From assembly GCA_029258885.1 (NCBI GenBank), contig JAPDJW010000003.1, positions 32,001 to 96,000 on the forward strand: a stretch of DNA of 64,000 bases, written 5' to 3'. Each line of letters begins with the position of its first letter. Within the stretch, counting starts at the first letter, position 1. Under the pieces are notes generated by a model that saw only the letters and a program-made list of their open reading frames with translations, was not told the DNA's origin and did not search any database. Below, piece by piece: positions 9,731 through 18,775 of the stretch. Position numbers and translations under genes: made by a program. Origin of the DNA: Thermoproteota archaeon. GTDB lineage: Archaea > Thermoproteota > Thermoprotei > Thermofilales > B9-G17.

Positions 9731-10510
9731 TTGAGAGAATATGAGAAAAATAATTTTTTACTGCTTTTATCTCTAATAGTCGTAGGAGTTTATTTGTTCT
9801 TTTATGTTTCATCTATGACGGGAAGTAGGTCGGGAGAGGAGAGAGCTAGATTCTGGTATAAGATGTTGAATATAACCAAGGTTGATGGCAATACAAGGTT
9901 AAACAGAACTATCGTTTTCATGGTGCTTAGGTCAAGTGATGAGCTCTATGCTATTGTACTGCTTGCTACTGTTCTTGTAGGAGGTGTAAGTAACAATACG
10001 TATTCTTATGGTATTACAGTTTATGTGTTTCCTTTAAATTATTCTGCGGGCGATGTTGTTGGCTGTGGATGGTACGACTTCAATATTTCTAAGCTTTTAA
10101 TAAGCTCAGAGTACAGCGATTATCTAAATATAACTAATCTAGGGCCACGTGTTATTAATTTAAAGTATAGATCTGGAGAAGTCAGATCCGATGGTATTCA
10201 TCATGGCGAGGATCTCTTTGGCTATATAGGTATAGGTCCTGGCAGGGATTTTAATGTTAGCGAGATGAAGGGAATTTCATGGTTTGCAATGTATATATCT
10301 GTTAGAAATCCTATGGTTTTTCTCAAGGATGGGGATATTATAATTTCCCCTATTACTTTCAGGCTTAAATATGTATTCGTTAGATCGGGTAATGGATGGA
10401 ACTCCCTCTTCTTCCTCGAGGTGTTAAAGAAGAGTAGCATCCTTAAGGTCAAGCTTCACCGTGAGGGTGAGATATATTATCTAAACCTCGTATTAAAAAC
10501 TAATTTTTAA
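9731..10510 (+). CDS. Hypothetical membrane-anchored protein in an AT-rich segment
   Basis: TTG start, N-terminal TM, 259 aa; no family recognised. Confidence 0.6.
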   Translation: MREYEKNNFLLLLSLIVVGVYLFFYVSSMTGSRSGEERARFWYKMLNITKVDGNTRLNRTIVFMVLRSSDELYAIVLLATVLVGGVSNNTYSYGITVYVFPLNYSAGDVVGCGWYDFNISKLLISSEYSDYLNITNLGPRVINLKYRSGEVRSDGIHHGEDLFGYIGIGPGRDFNVSEMKGISWFAMYISVRNPMVFLKDGDIIISPITFRLKYVFVRSGNGWNSLFFLEVLKKSSILKVKLHREGEIYYLNLVLKTNF

Positions 10511-10624
10511 ACTTTTACCAAGCTCGGCTGATTGTTTCGTAGGATACTTTTTAGAGAACCTAGTTACGGAAGGAGATCTTGAAGATATAATTTCCGTAGC
10601 TACTACGAATATTTAAGCTAAGGG

Positions 10625-10659
10625 ATACATTTATAAGTGTATGTATACATTTATAAATG
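10625..10659. promoter_or_regulatory. Tandem palindromic operator overlapping the TATA box of the vapBC pair
   Basis: ATACATTTATAA repeated at 10625 and 10645; CATTTATAAATG (10648-10659) is a perfect palindrome ending 9 nt before the vapB ATG. Confidence 0.6.
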
Positions 10660-10667
10660 GGGTTAAA

Positions 10668-10889
10668 ATGGGAGTGAAAACGATAACTATATCTTCAGTA
10701 GCGTATGAAGCTCTAGTTAGAGAAAAAAGACCTGGTGAAAGTTTCTCCGACGTTATTCTAAGGCTGGTTAAAAAGAGCGGAGATCTAATGGAGCTAGCTG
10801 GCTCATGGAAAGGTGTAAGTGATGAGTTTGTAGAAGAGTTTTTGAAAGGAGTTAGGGAGGCATGGGCTATATGGAAAAATACGCATTAG
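10668..10889 (+). CDS. vapB: Antitoxin, VapB/DUF217 family
   Basis: KTITIS..AYEAL..EKRPGESFSDVILRL signature; overlaps the PIN gene; start moved to MGVKT. Confidence 0.9.
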   Translation: MGVKTITISSVAYEALVREKRPGESFSDVILRLVKKSGDLMELAGSWKGVSDEFVEEFLKGVREAWAIWKNTH

Positions 10890-11281
10890 ATACAGATATT
10901 CTTATAGACTTTTTAAGGGGGAAGAATAAGGCTGTATCTGTAATTAAAAAGCTTAAGGAGGAAGGTTTTTTAGCGACTACAGTCATTAATATCTTTGAAT
11001 TATTTTGGGGGGCTTATAAACTTGGGAAGAAAAAGAGGATAGATGCCGTAAGAAGACTTACGGAACGATTAGAAATTCTATTTTTTAATGAAAAAATAGC
11101 AGAAAGCGCAGGTAAAGAGATCGCTCACCTTGAGAGCATAGGCTTACCCATAAATATAAGAGACCTATTAATCGGGACAATTGCTAGAGAGCATGGCTAC
11201 ATTATAGTGACTAGCGATGAGAAACATTTCCAGAGGATAAGAGAGTTAGAGGTCGTGAACTGGAGAAAAATGGCTACCTAA
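10862..11281 (+). CDS. vapC: VapC PIN-domain ribonuclease toxin
   Basis: LDTDILID, ELFWG, DLLI, TSDEKHF acidic PIN tetrad. Confidence 0.95.
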   Translation: MGYMEKYALDTDILIDFLRGKNKAVSVIKKLKEEGFLATTVINIFELFWGAYKLGKKKRIDAVRRLTERLEILFFNEKIAESAGKEIAHLESIGLPINIRDLLIGTIAREHGYIIVTSDEKHFQRIRELEVVNWRKMAT

Positions 11282-11410
11282 ATAAAAACCTTAAGCACTA
11301 AATTCTCTATAGATTTCTTTAGGGTGATCTTAGCTCTGATTAAATAAGAGATTCTTTAGTTAAGGCTCTCTGAAGGATAACAAACGAAACCTAAAGTTTA
11401 ATTGTAAAGC

Positions 11411-12778
11411 CTAGCGTTTAATTAATATGAACCTACCGTAGCTGGCTACTATTTTGCCTGGAGGCGGCTTCTTCATTCTGGTAGTTTCAACTATAAAATA
11501 CAGTGCAGGCTGCGGCTCAATCTTCTTACCGCCTCTAATAACGTCTATGTTTTTCTTTAAGGCTATGTATTCGACCCAGTAGAAGGCATGTGTCATCGCA
11601 ATCACCGTGGAGCCCTCTGGTACTTGGCTGATAAGATGCTCGAGGTCGTGATAATCCTTCATGGAGATAATCGGCCTGACCATATTTCGGCCGAAGTAGA
11701 AGTCTATCACGTAGGGCGACGCCACAATAACTAATAGCGTTAAGGCTAAGGCCTTCTCAACCCTAAGCCTAGAGAATATTCCGCCTATAACTATGGAGCC
11801 CGGATAGAATTGAACCAATGCAAACCTCCATAGGAAGTTCGTAGGTATTATCGGTAGCGTTAAACCGAGTCCTATAGCTAGGGAGGAAGCTAGAAGGGCT
11901 AGGTTAGGTATATCGTTCAGCTTACCCTTATAGGCGTAATATATTATGAAGGCTAAACATGCGAAGTCCGCTGGGAGAAATGATAGTATGAACTTATTTC
12001 TAAGGAATGCTTCAAATTCTGTACGCTCCATCTCGACAATTTCTTTAACTAGTGCCTCGCCCTTAAATACGTCGGCGAAGAAATCTGGATAGAGTGCTAG
12101 GCCAGCTAGAACCAGTGCTACTGTAAACGCTACGCCAGCAAATATAAGCTTATAACATCTGCTTTTATCCTCTGTCTTAAGCCCCAGTAGTGGATAGAGT
12201 ATTAGATATGATAGGCTTAAGCCGAAATCGAGTATATGTGTAAGGCCAGCTAAAGCCACGGATGCTAGCGCCAATACAAGATATATTTTACCGCCCCTTT
12301 TCACATACATTGAGGTAAAAAGTATAGTTAATGTAACGAAGATTAATCCAGTTGCATTTTTAAGGAAGTCTCCCGTAAGCCTTAGTAGTCCGGTGGAGAA
12401 GTAGTAGATAAACATGGTTAAGAATATTGATACTGTATTGAAGCCATGTATACGGAGCATAAGGTAGAGGGGTATAGCTGATAAAGCTATCGTGAGGGAG
12501 AGAGCAAGTCTTATGCTGAACGTTGGGTCGCCGAAGATGAGGGTGAACAGGTAGAATAGGTAGAAGGCGAGCGGAGGATCAGCATACTTCATCCTACCGT
12601 ATCTAGCTATATATTCGAGCTGGATTAAATAGTATGGTCCATCGATGCCGTAAAGCAGTGGAAATCTATTAAGAATAAGCATGTAAGTTGAAAATACTAT
12701 AACGATAAATATAGCTAGAAAAACTGCATCCGTTTTACGTAGCATAGATTTCTTGAGAGAAAACGCTAATTTAAGCAT
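11411..12778 (-). CDS. Polytopic GT-C-like membrane protein (putative glycosyltransferase)
   Basis: N-terminal loop GIDGPYY...DPPL, about 12 TM helices, soluble C-terminus. Confidence 0.65.
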   Translation of the reverse strand: MLKLAFSLKKSMLRKTDAVFLAIFIVIVFSTYMLILNRFPLLYGIDGPYYLIQLEYIARYGRMKYADPPLAFYLFYLFTLIFGDPTFSIRLALSLTIALSAIPLYLMLRIHGFNTVSIFLTMFIYYFSTGLLRLTGDFLKNATGLIFVTLTILFTSMYVKRGGKIYLVLALASVALAGLTHILDFGLSLSYLILYPLLGLKTEDKSRCYKLIFAGVAFTVALVLAGLALYPDFFADVFKGEALVKEIVEMERTEFEAFLRNKFILSFLPADFACLAFIIYYAYKGKLNDIPNLALLASSLAIGLGLTLPIIPTNFLWRFALVQFYPGSIVIGGIFSRLRVEKALALTLLVIVASPYVIDFYFGRNMVRPIISMKDYHDLEHLISQVPEGSTVIAMTHAFYWVEYIALKKNIDVIRGGKKIEPQPALYFIVETTRMKKPPPGKIVASYGRFILIKR

Positions 12779-12890
12779 TACGTATATAGCATTCCTTTGA
12801 ATTACGTTGGAGTTAACGTTGTATATTTTCTTAGAAAAATATAAATTGCTAAGTTATAGTATTATTCTTAGAATATGTTTAGGGACTAAT

Positions 12891-13142
12891 ATGATAGTTA
12901 GCAGGGTTTCAGCGAAGGGTTTAACGAGTATTCCAGCTAAAGTTAAGAGGGCCTTAAACATTGAGGAAGGGGATATTCTGGTATGGGAGGTGGATACAAG
13001 GCAGGGAGTTGCTATTGTTAAAGTCATTAAAAATCCCGTTAAGCATCTGAAGGGTAAATATAATGATCCCAATTTAACCTACGATAAGGTTGAGGGAATA
13101 GCGGATTCTATCGTTATGGGAGAGCTACATGCCGATAATTGA
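12891..13142 (+). CDS. AbrB/MazE/SpoVT family antitoxin
   Basis: SRVSAKGLTSIPAKVKRALNIEEGDIL; overlaps PIN gene; start moved to MIVSR. Confidence 0.9.
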   Translation: MIVSRVSAKGLTSIPAKVKRALNIEEGDILVWEVDTRQGVAIVKVIKNPVKHLKGKYNDPNLTYDKVEGIADSIVMGELHADN

Positions 13143-13548
13143 GCTAGATATGTTGATAGCTTTCGTTAATAGAGCCGATAAGCTCCATACAGTGGCATCC
13201 GAAATCTTCGATAGAATCGCTAGGGGAAATCTTAAGAAAGTAGCAGTGCCTACGTCGGCATACATGGAGTATGAGCTGGTGCTTAAGTCGAAGGGTTATA
13301 ATGAAGATAAGGTGCGTGGGGATATTAAATCATTTAGGAGTATAAGAAACCTCGGCGAAATACCATTAACATCCCACGTTATCATAAAAGCTTCAAAACT
13401 AAGGATAGAGTATGGTTTATCATATTTTGACTCACTCCACGCAGCATCAGCTTTCTTTCATGATAAAACTGTAATATCAGTTGATAAAGCCTACGGTAAA
13501 ATACCCGAAATTAAGGCGTTAGATCCCAGATGCATTGCAGCGACATAA
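13129..13548 (+). CDS. vapC: VapC PIN-domain toxin
   Basis: IELDMLIA, YFDSLHAA, ISVDKAY. Confidence 0.9.
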   Translation: MPIIELDMLIAFVNRADKLHTVASEIFDRIARGNLKKVAVPTSAYMEYELVLKSKGYNEDKVRGDIKSFRSIRNLGEIPLTSHVIIKASKLRIEYGLSYFDSLHAASAFFHDKTVISVDKAYGKIPEIKALDPRCIAAT

Positions 13549-13572
13549 TATCTTTACTACATTATAACCTCC

Positions 13573-13872
13573 TTAGACCTTCATGTTGTCTTTCTTTATA
13601 GGCTGCATTATTTTGAGGAATATGTCGCTATATACTTTCCACCTTATTTTCTCGTACTCCGAGGTCTCCCACTCAAACCCCTCCAAATGTAGCTTGCATG
13701 GAAAATCAGGACATAGAAGGCAGTTTCTAACATTCCTTTCCATTAAACACGCTATATACTTACATGAATCCGCATGTGAATCGCATCCAGGGCATTTTCG
13801 TGCTCTATATGCGGGACAATATTCACATATAATTCCACAGTATGAGATAAATACATCCTTCACCTTAGGCAT
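13573..13872 (-). CDS. DUF3795 family small Cys-rich protein
   Basis: YCGIICEYC...CPGC...C.YIAC...C.LC..FPC; start moved to MPKVK. Confidence 0.85.
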   Translation of the reverse strand: MPKVKDVFISYCGIICEYCPAYRARKCPGCDSHADSCKYIACLMERNVRNCLLCPDFPCKLHLEGFEWETSEYEKIRWKVYSDIFLKIMQPIKKDNMKV

Positions 13873-13937
13873 CCTACTCCCCAGGCGTTGAATTAAATAC
13901 ATTAAAGCTTTAATACTTTAAGTTTCACTACTAAAGT

Positions 13938-15335
13938 ATGCACGATAATCTACTGTATTTTATGACGTCAAGAATTCCACGCCATATAACCAGGCTGTAT
14001 AGGAGGGGCGAATTCTCCAAGGCAATAGTTCTCCTAAGGAGGCTTCTCGCATCCAATGGTAGGCTCAATGATGAATATAAAACCCGCATACTCTATGAAA
14101 TTGAAAGACTTAAGAGGATAAGGCTCGATTTCCGCTACACCAGGAGCGATGCATTGAAAATGCTTAGCGAGGAGATAAGGGACTTTAAGCCTAGCGAGTT
14201 TGACGAATGGATGAGGAGGGGATGCATAGATTATAGGGTTATCGACGGCGAAATATTGTTCTTTGAAAGGTTCATAGACAATCTCTTCAAACTGTGTCCG
14301 GATCTCAGGGAGAGGAGGGTTAAGCCTGAGGATGCGAGGAGGAGGGAGGCTAGGGAGAAGCTGTTTAAACATATAGAGGCCGTATCTACGGGTTCCGACG
14401 GATATAAGATGCCCGTGAGGAATAGGATTAAAATGACTATAAAGGTTAAGCCCAACGTTGTCCCCGAAGGGGAGGTTATAAGGTGCTGGATACCGTTCCC
14501 GAGGATATGTCCCCTACAGCCCGAGGTAAAGCTGTTATCAACCGATCCCGCAAGCTATATCCTCGCACCGGAAGATCATCTCCAGAGAACTATATACATG
14601 GAGCGTGAATCTAGGAGCGGTGAGCCGACCACCTTTACGGTTGAATACGAGTATACTGTACGGGCATTCTATAGGAGGATTAACCCGGATGAGGTTGAGG
14701 AATACGATGAAGGCAGCGATGTCTACCGTAGATATACGGCTGAAAAGCCACCTCACATATCCTTTACTAGGAGGCTTGAGGAGCTGGCATGGAAGATAGT
14801 TGATGGTGAGAGGAATCCATACTTGAAGGCGCTTAAAATAATGAAGTGGATAATAGGAAACGTTAGATACGCCTTTGCTTTCGAGTATTCAACTTATGAG
14901 AACATAAGCGAATATGTAGCGGAGCACAAGAGGGGAGACTGCGGCATGCAGGCGCTATTATTCATAACATTATGTAGGATTGTCGGTGTACCAGCTAGAT
15001 GGCAGTCCGGATGGTATGCGCACCCCGATAGACCAAGCCTACACGATTGGGCGCAGTTCTACGTAGAGCCCTATGGATGGCTGTATGCCGATCCATCTTT
15101 CGCGAACTCGATCACTAAGGAGAGGGGTAAGCTGGGTCTATTCTACTTCGGAAACATCGACCATTATAGGCTGGTGTTCAACAACGACATCTCAATACAG
15201 TTCTATCCGGAGAAGAAGTTCTTTAGGTCGGAGCCAGTTGACTCGCAGAGGGGAGAGCTGGAGTGGCGTGGAGGAAACCTATACTACGATAAATGGAAGT
15301 ATAAGCTGGAGCTCGTGAGGGTAAAGAATGGCTAA
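13938..15335 (+). CDS. Cytoplasmic transglutaminase-like protein
   Basis: GDCG, GVPARWQSG, HDWAQFY (Cys-His-Asp triad); no signal peptide. Confidence 0.92.
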   Translation: MHDNLLYFMTSRIPRHITRLYRRGEFSKAIVLLRRLLASNGRLNDEYKTRILYEIERLKRIRLDFRYTRSDALKMLSEEIRDFKPSEFDEWMRRGCIDYRVIDGEILFFERFIDNLFKLCPDLRERRVKPEDARRREAREKLFKHIEAVSTGSDGYKMPVRNRIKMTIKVKPNVVPEGEVIRCWIPFPRICPLQPEVKLLSTDPASYILAPEDHLQRTIYMERESRSGEPTTFTVEYEYTVRAFYRRINPDEVEEYDEGSDVYRRYTAEKPPHISFTRRLEELAWKIVDGERNPYLKALKIMKWIIGNVRYAFAFEYSTYENISEYVAEHKRGDCGMQALLFITLCRIVGVPARWQSGWYAHPDRPSLHDWAQFYVEPYGWLYADPSFANSITKERGKLGLFYFGNIDHYRLVFNNDISIQFYPEKKFFRSEPVDSQRGELEWRGGNLYYDKWKYKLELVRVKNG

Positions 15336-15561
15336 GAAACACTACTACGTATACATATGCCCGAAGTGTAATCACAGCTTCATATCGACCTCTAACAGGG
15401 GATCGACGTGTAGGTACTGTGGGCATAAATGTAGGAGCGATGACGTAAAGTTCATCTATGACGATCTGGATAAGGCAAGACTAAAGAAAACACTACTAGA
15501 CATGGAGTACTTTAGAAAGAAAGGCAAAGGATTCAAAAGCCTAGGTGATTTCCTTGAGTAA
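15328..15561 (+). CDS. Small double-CxxC Zn-ribbon protein
   Basis: CPKC...CRYC; overlaps the transglutaminase stop. Confidence 0.75.
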   Translation: MAKKHYYVYICPKCNHSFISTSNRGSTCRYCGHKCRSDDVKFIYDDLDKARLKKTLLDMEYFRKKGKGFKSLGDFLE

Positions 15562-15835
15562 ATCCGATTCCAGATTTCTACTACTGCTTGCGATAGCAGC
15601 ACTAAACGATGCAGTAGACCTGCTCGCAATACTAAATCCGGTAGTGGAGACATTGCTAGATATACTTACAGCAATTCTAATATGCATAATACTCGGGGAA
15701 ATAAACCCATGGCTATTCCTAACAACAATACTGGACGCAATACCAGGAGTAGATTTCGCCCCAATATGGACACTATACGTAATCTACCGATACATATCAA
15801 AGAAAGCTAAAACATACAAGGTAAAAGTAGAATAG
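15545..15835 (+). CDS. Small membrane protein
   Basis: Hydrophobic 96 aa with D-x-I-P-G-V-D motif; overlaps upstream gene. Confidence 0.7.
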   Translation: MISLSKSDSRFLLLLAIAALNDAVDLLAILNPVVETLLDILTAILICIILGEINPWLFLTTILDAIPGVDFAPIWTLYVIYRYISKKAKTYKVKVE

Positions 15836-15978
15836 CATATCATTTCCACTATCTGTAGTTCATTTCATCTTGTGGCAATTTAAGCTTCTTGTGTTAAATA
15901 AAGACTCTGGAGCAGATGAACTTCAAGTTATAGTTAAGGCTATTAGGATGTGCCGCTATTCTCATAATTGGTGCTTGA

Positions 15979-16410
15979 ATGAGCGGTAAGTATCCGGAAC
16001 TACTGAAAAAGAGGGCTTTGAATGCATTAAAATGGGCTAATAAAGCCTACACGGATGGAGACTACGATACAGCTGTCCGGGAGGCTGAGTATGGAGTACA
16101 ACTGTATATTAAATCCGTTATCCACCGCGTGCTTGGAGAGGAGGTGCGGGGACATAATATACGTGAGCTACTGGGAGTACTCACTTCAGCCCTACTTGAG
16201 GAAGGACTCAGGGATGAGGCTGAATTACTGCTAGATTATGTTAGGAAACGTAGGCGTGAGCTGGCCGAATTATCCGATGCACATACCCGTGCTACCTACG
16301 GACTCACCGAATACGGGAGAAATGAGGCTAAGCTTCTACTTGAAATAGCGGAAAATATCGTTGATATGCTTAAGAAGCTGGAGGCGAAGGTATTTGGCGG
16401 GGAGGTTTAA
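15979..16410 (+). CDS. HEPN domain protein (HEPN-MNT module)
   Basis: AEYGVQLYIKS, GHNIRELL, TRATYG; overlaps MNT gene. Confidence 0.9.
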   Translation: MSGKYPELLKKRALNALKWANKAYTDGDYDTAVREAEYGVQLYIKSVIHRVLGEEVRGHNIRELLGVLTSALLEEGLRDEAELLLDYVRKRRRELAELSDAHTRATYGLTEYGRNEAKLLLEIAENIVDMLKKLEAKVFGGEV

Positions 16411-16723
16411 AAGTAGACTACTGTTGCTCCGCAGATGGAGAGAGATAGCAAATAAAGTTACAGAAGCTGTTAAGAGGCTATATCCTCAAGCAGAGGTCTA
16501 TCTTATAGGCGGTATAGCCGAGAATAGAGCCACCATAAATAGCGATGTTGACATAGCCATAGTTTTTAAGGAGCCCCTGGACAGAAGCCGAAGAATAGAC
16601 ATACTCACACATATATGGGAATTTATCGAGAGCGAGGTACCCATGTATTATCCGCTTGAAATACATATCTTAGAAGCCAAGGAATTTGGGAGAATAAGAG
16701 GCAGAAAGATAAAGTTATCGTAA
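16361..16723 (+). CDS. Minimal nucleotidyltransferase (MNT)
   Basis: YLIGGIAE....SDVDIAI (GS/DxD-type motif); true start probably TTG near 16394. Confidence 0.9.
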   Translation: MICLRSWRRRYLAGRFKSRLLLLRRWREIANKVTEAVKRLYPQAEVYLIGGIAENRATINSDVDIAIVFKEPLDRSRRIDILTHIWEFIESEVPMYYPLEIHILEAKEFGRIRGRKIKLS

Positions 16724-16834
16724 ACCAGCGGTAAGTTTACTCTAGGATTAGGGTACTATGGTTTTATACCAGTACCTCAGCCAGTATGGTACTCAGATTA
16801 TGAAGAACCGCCACTGAAGGAATGGTGTCTCTAA
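16724..16834 (+). pseudogene. Possible 3' remnant of an unidentified gene
   Basis: Stop-free frame TSGKFTLGLGYYGFIPVPQPVWYSDYEEPPLKEWCL directly after the MNT stop; no start codon. Confidence 0.3.
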
Positions 16835-16839
16835 TGGGG

Positions 16840-17559
16840 TTACTTCTCAAGAAGCTTACCTATCTCCTTTTTCCGCTCTTTAAACTGAGATTTATAGTTT
16901 CTCTCAGCCTCAATCCTCGCCCTAGCTACTGCCTTCTCTACAAGCTCCTTAACCTCCTCATATAGGTACCACTTATCGACTTTTTCACCGCTGCATGCTA
17001 GGTAAATTGTTCTACCGACGTTATAGGCATCCATAATTCTATTAAAATCGTCTAGGACATTCCCCTTATCGTGATAGTACGCCAGAGCCCACGGCGGAAT
17101 TAAGGCACCCATACTATTCAACACCGAATACATCAGGGATATCGTCTGAATAGTCCCACTATCATTACCGACAGCTATTATACCGCAAACCTTACCCTCA
17201 AGCCAGCTCCTACCGTCGATATAGATCATGTTTTCAAAGGCTGTAAGTCTATCAAGCATCGACTTAACTAGCGTCGACGGGGAATACCAGTAGACAGGAG
17301 TCGCAACGATAAACCCATCGCATTCAAGAATCATGTCGTAGATCTTCTTCATATCGTCTTCGATGACGCATGGATAGCGGCAGGCTAGAATATTGTCTGA
17401 GACGCATCCGATACAGGGCTTTATATTGTAGTCGTAGAGGTGAATAAGCTTAACTTCGCCGCCGAGATCCCTAACAGCTGATAGAGCCACGTAGAGCATC
17501 TTAAAGGTATTACCGTACTTCCTAGGTGATCCGTTAATACCTAAAATCCTGACAACCAT
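16840..17559 (-). CDS. Iron-sulfur flavoprotein / multimeric flavodoxin family
   Basis: GSPRKYGNT, CIGC...C...C cluster motif, ATPVYW; start moved to MVVRI. Confidence 0.93.
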   Translation of the reverse strand: MVVRILGINGSPRKYGNTFKMLYVALSAVRDLGGEVKLIHLYDYNIKPCIGCVSDNILACRYPCVIEDDMKKIYDMILECDGFIVATPVYWYSPSTLVKSMLDRLTAFENMIYIDGRSWLEGKVCGIIAVGNDSGTIQTISLMYSVLNSMGALIPPWALAYYHDKGNVLDDFNRIMDAYNVGRTIYLACSGEKVDKWYLYEEVKELVEKAVARARIEAERNYKSQFKERKKEIGKLLEK

Positions 17560-17859
17560 AGACGCCACCAGCAACAATGGTTATAAGAAGAACAACACAA
17601 CATTAAACGAGTTAGCAATATATATCTTTCCCTAAAGCTCTGCCACTATTTAGGATTCAGGGGGCTGGAGACTATTAAAAGACTAAGTAATGATGGGGAG
17701 GTAAGGATAAGGGCATTAACGGTAGCCATCGATCTAGACGGACAGGCAGAAGGTATTCTTAGGAAAGTCAAGCAGATAAAATCGGCATTCAATATCTGGA
17801 CCTTTAGGATAGCTTTAAAACCTACAGTCTTCAGCGCAGATCTATTTAAAGATGCTTCA

Positions 17860-18726
17860 ATGAAGTGTAGGAGTCTAGGCTACGACTGTATTTCGATACC
17901 GTTATCTGTAGATGAGGATTTCGTGGAGGTTGCGGATGAGCTGAGAAAACATAGCAACCTTTACATTAGCTTTAACGTTAGAAAACTTACTCTTGAAACT
18001 ATTCCTTCATTAGCTAGAAGATATCATGAGGCACTAGTTTACCTTAGGGATTGTGAAGACTACTTTACTCAAACAAGGATATGTTTAACTATTAGAGGTC
18101 CTCTTTCAACACCATATTTTCCATCAGCATCCTACTTAGGCAGCAAACCCTACTATTCTGTAGCATTACTCTATGCAGATTATCTATATGAAAATCGTCT
18201 AAATATACCCGAGGCAATCTTAGCCGCATACAATGGTGTAGTCGGAAGCCTACTTAAAGAACTAGAGGATTCCGGATTAGAGTTTAGAGGAGTGGATTTA
18301 TCTATTTCGCCTTGGATGGAGGAGAGCGCTGCTAAGCTTGTACTTGAAGATAATGGCATAAGTTTATTAAAAATATTTGAAGTAAATAATGTGCTTAGAA
18401 GTATCGCCGAAAAGGTAAAGGCATGCGGTTTCAATGAGTTAATGTTACCCCTAGCGGAGGATAACGTTCTTAAGGCTCTTGTAGAGGAAGGGAAGATTAA
18501 GGCTAGAGATTTCATATACTACTCCAGTGTATGCGTAGCGGGTGTAGATATGGTTCCATTACCTAAGGCAGATGATGGGAAGCTGTTAAGATATATCAAG
18601 TGGACTCTAATGGCAGCTCTAGTTAAAAACAGGGTTTACGGTATAAGACTAATATATACGAACAGTAGATCGGGGGAAAAGATCGAGTTAGGAAAGTTTC
18701 TGGAGACTCCTGTGACATGCTTATAG
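17860..18726 (+). CDS. DUF711/UPF0210 family protein (PFL-like barrel)
   Basis: GVDLSISPW, GFNELMLPLAED, CVAGVDMVP; frame stays open upstream through VRIRALT at 17701 to a possible CTG at 17665. Confidence 0.88.
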   Translation: MKCRSLGYDCISIPLSVDEDFVEVADELRKHSNLYISFNVRKLTLETIPSLARRYHEALVYLRDCEDYFTQTRICLTIRGPLSTPYFPSASYLGSKPYYSVALLYADYLYENRLNIPEAILAAYNGVVGSLLKELEDSGLEFRGVDLSISPWMEESAAKLVLEDNGISLLKIFEVNNVLRSIAEKVKACGFNELMLPLAEDNVLKALVEEGKIKARDFIYYSSVCVAGVDMVPLPKADDGKLLRYIKWTLMAALVKNRVYGIRLIYTNSRSGEKIELGKFLETPVTCL

Positions 18727-18775
18727 CGATAATGTATATTAGTAATGATGTTCTATAGAGGCTTAGTGATTTAAC

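Noticed and set aside
10593-10603. AGCTACGGAAA shared with 28020 (and similar near 4636) as a mobile-element end
   Set aside because: An 11-mer match is expected by chance in 64 kb; flanks do not align
16721-16834. Stop-codon readthrough (Sec/Pyl) extending MNT
   Set aside because: Stop is TAA, not TGA/TAG, and MNT is already full length
16800-16840. C/D box sRNA (ATGAAGA...CTGA)
   Set aside because: Only 7 nt between the boxes and no second guide or terminal D box; better explained as a coding remnant
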